Positions 47,093 to 47,168 of a stretch of DNA of 47,168 bases are shown here, one piece after another. Under the pieces are notes generated by a model, which worked only from the letters and a program-made list of their open reading frames with translations, was not told the DNA's origin and ran no database searches. The DNA comes from Rhizaria sp. SCN 62-66. Lineage: Eukaryota. A program made the translations under genes and the position numbers. The DNA lies in NCBI GenBank assembly GCA_001724265.1, contig MEDY01000089.1, positions 124,001 through 171,168 of the forward strand, in the 5' to 3' direction. Position 1 is the stretch's first letter, and each line of letters starts with the position of its first letter.

Positions 47093-47168
47093 TTGCGTTA
47101 CTATAGAGTGAGATAATTGAAATTTGTCTTTCGCGTTGGAAGAAAAGAGAATTTCTGTGAGATTGTTG

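Noticed and set aside
1..47168. tRNA (including a CUA-anticodon tRNA), rRNA or CRISPR array
   Set aside because: No cloverleaf, rRNA-like tract or regularly spaced repeat-spacer array was recognised by eye. tRNAscan-SE would be needed to exclude a tRNA.

Overview
Gene-dense eukaryotic nuclear DNA, most likely from a protist. Exons are GC-rich, spacers are AT-richer, and the GT-AG introns are about 90-290 nt with a recurring GTACG(T) donor. The main signal is a non-standard genetic code. Fifteen in-frame TAG codons in nine genes are followed by uninterrupted same-frame coding sequence, while all twelve gene ends I could define use TAA (8) or TGA (4). Alignment of internal repeats points to TAG = Gln, so TAG appears reassigned and decoupled from TAA. 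The supplied ORF track is therefore fragmented. Re-read, the window holds about 13 genes: a partial unknown gene, an ARM-repeat (importin-alpha-like) protein, a coiled-coil gene with an adjacent in-frame ORF, a ~2554-aa FN3/beta-rich/Cys-repeat surface protein, a ~2138-aa protein with seven copies of a repeat I do not recognise, a TRIM-like protein with a degenerate cyclophilin-like C-terminus, an AK3-type adenylate kinase, a torsin-family ATPase, PCH2/TRIP13, DPH4, a ~2742-aa Ala-rich protein and a Crinkler/RHS-type nuclease-like protein. There is also a probable Tc1/IS630 relic. All family calls come from motif recognition by eye; no searches were run.
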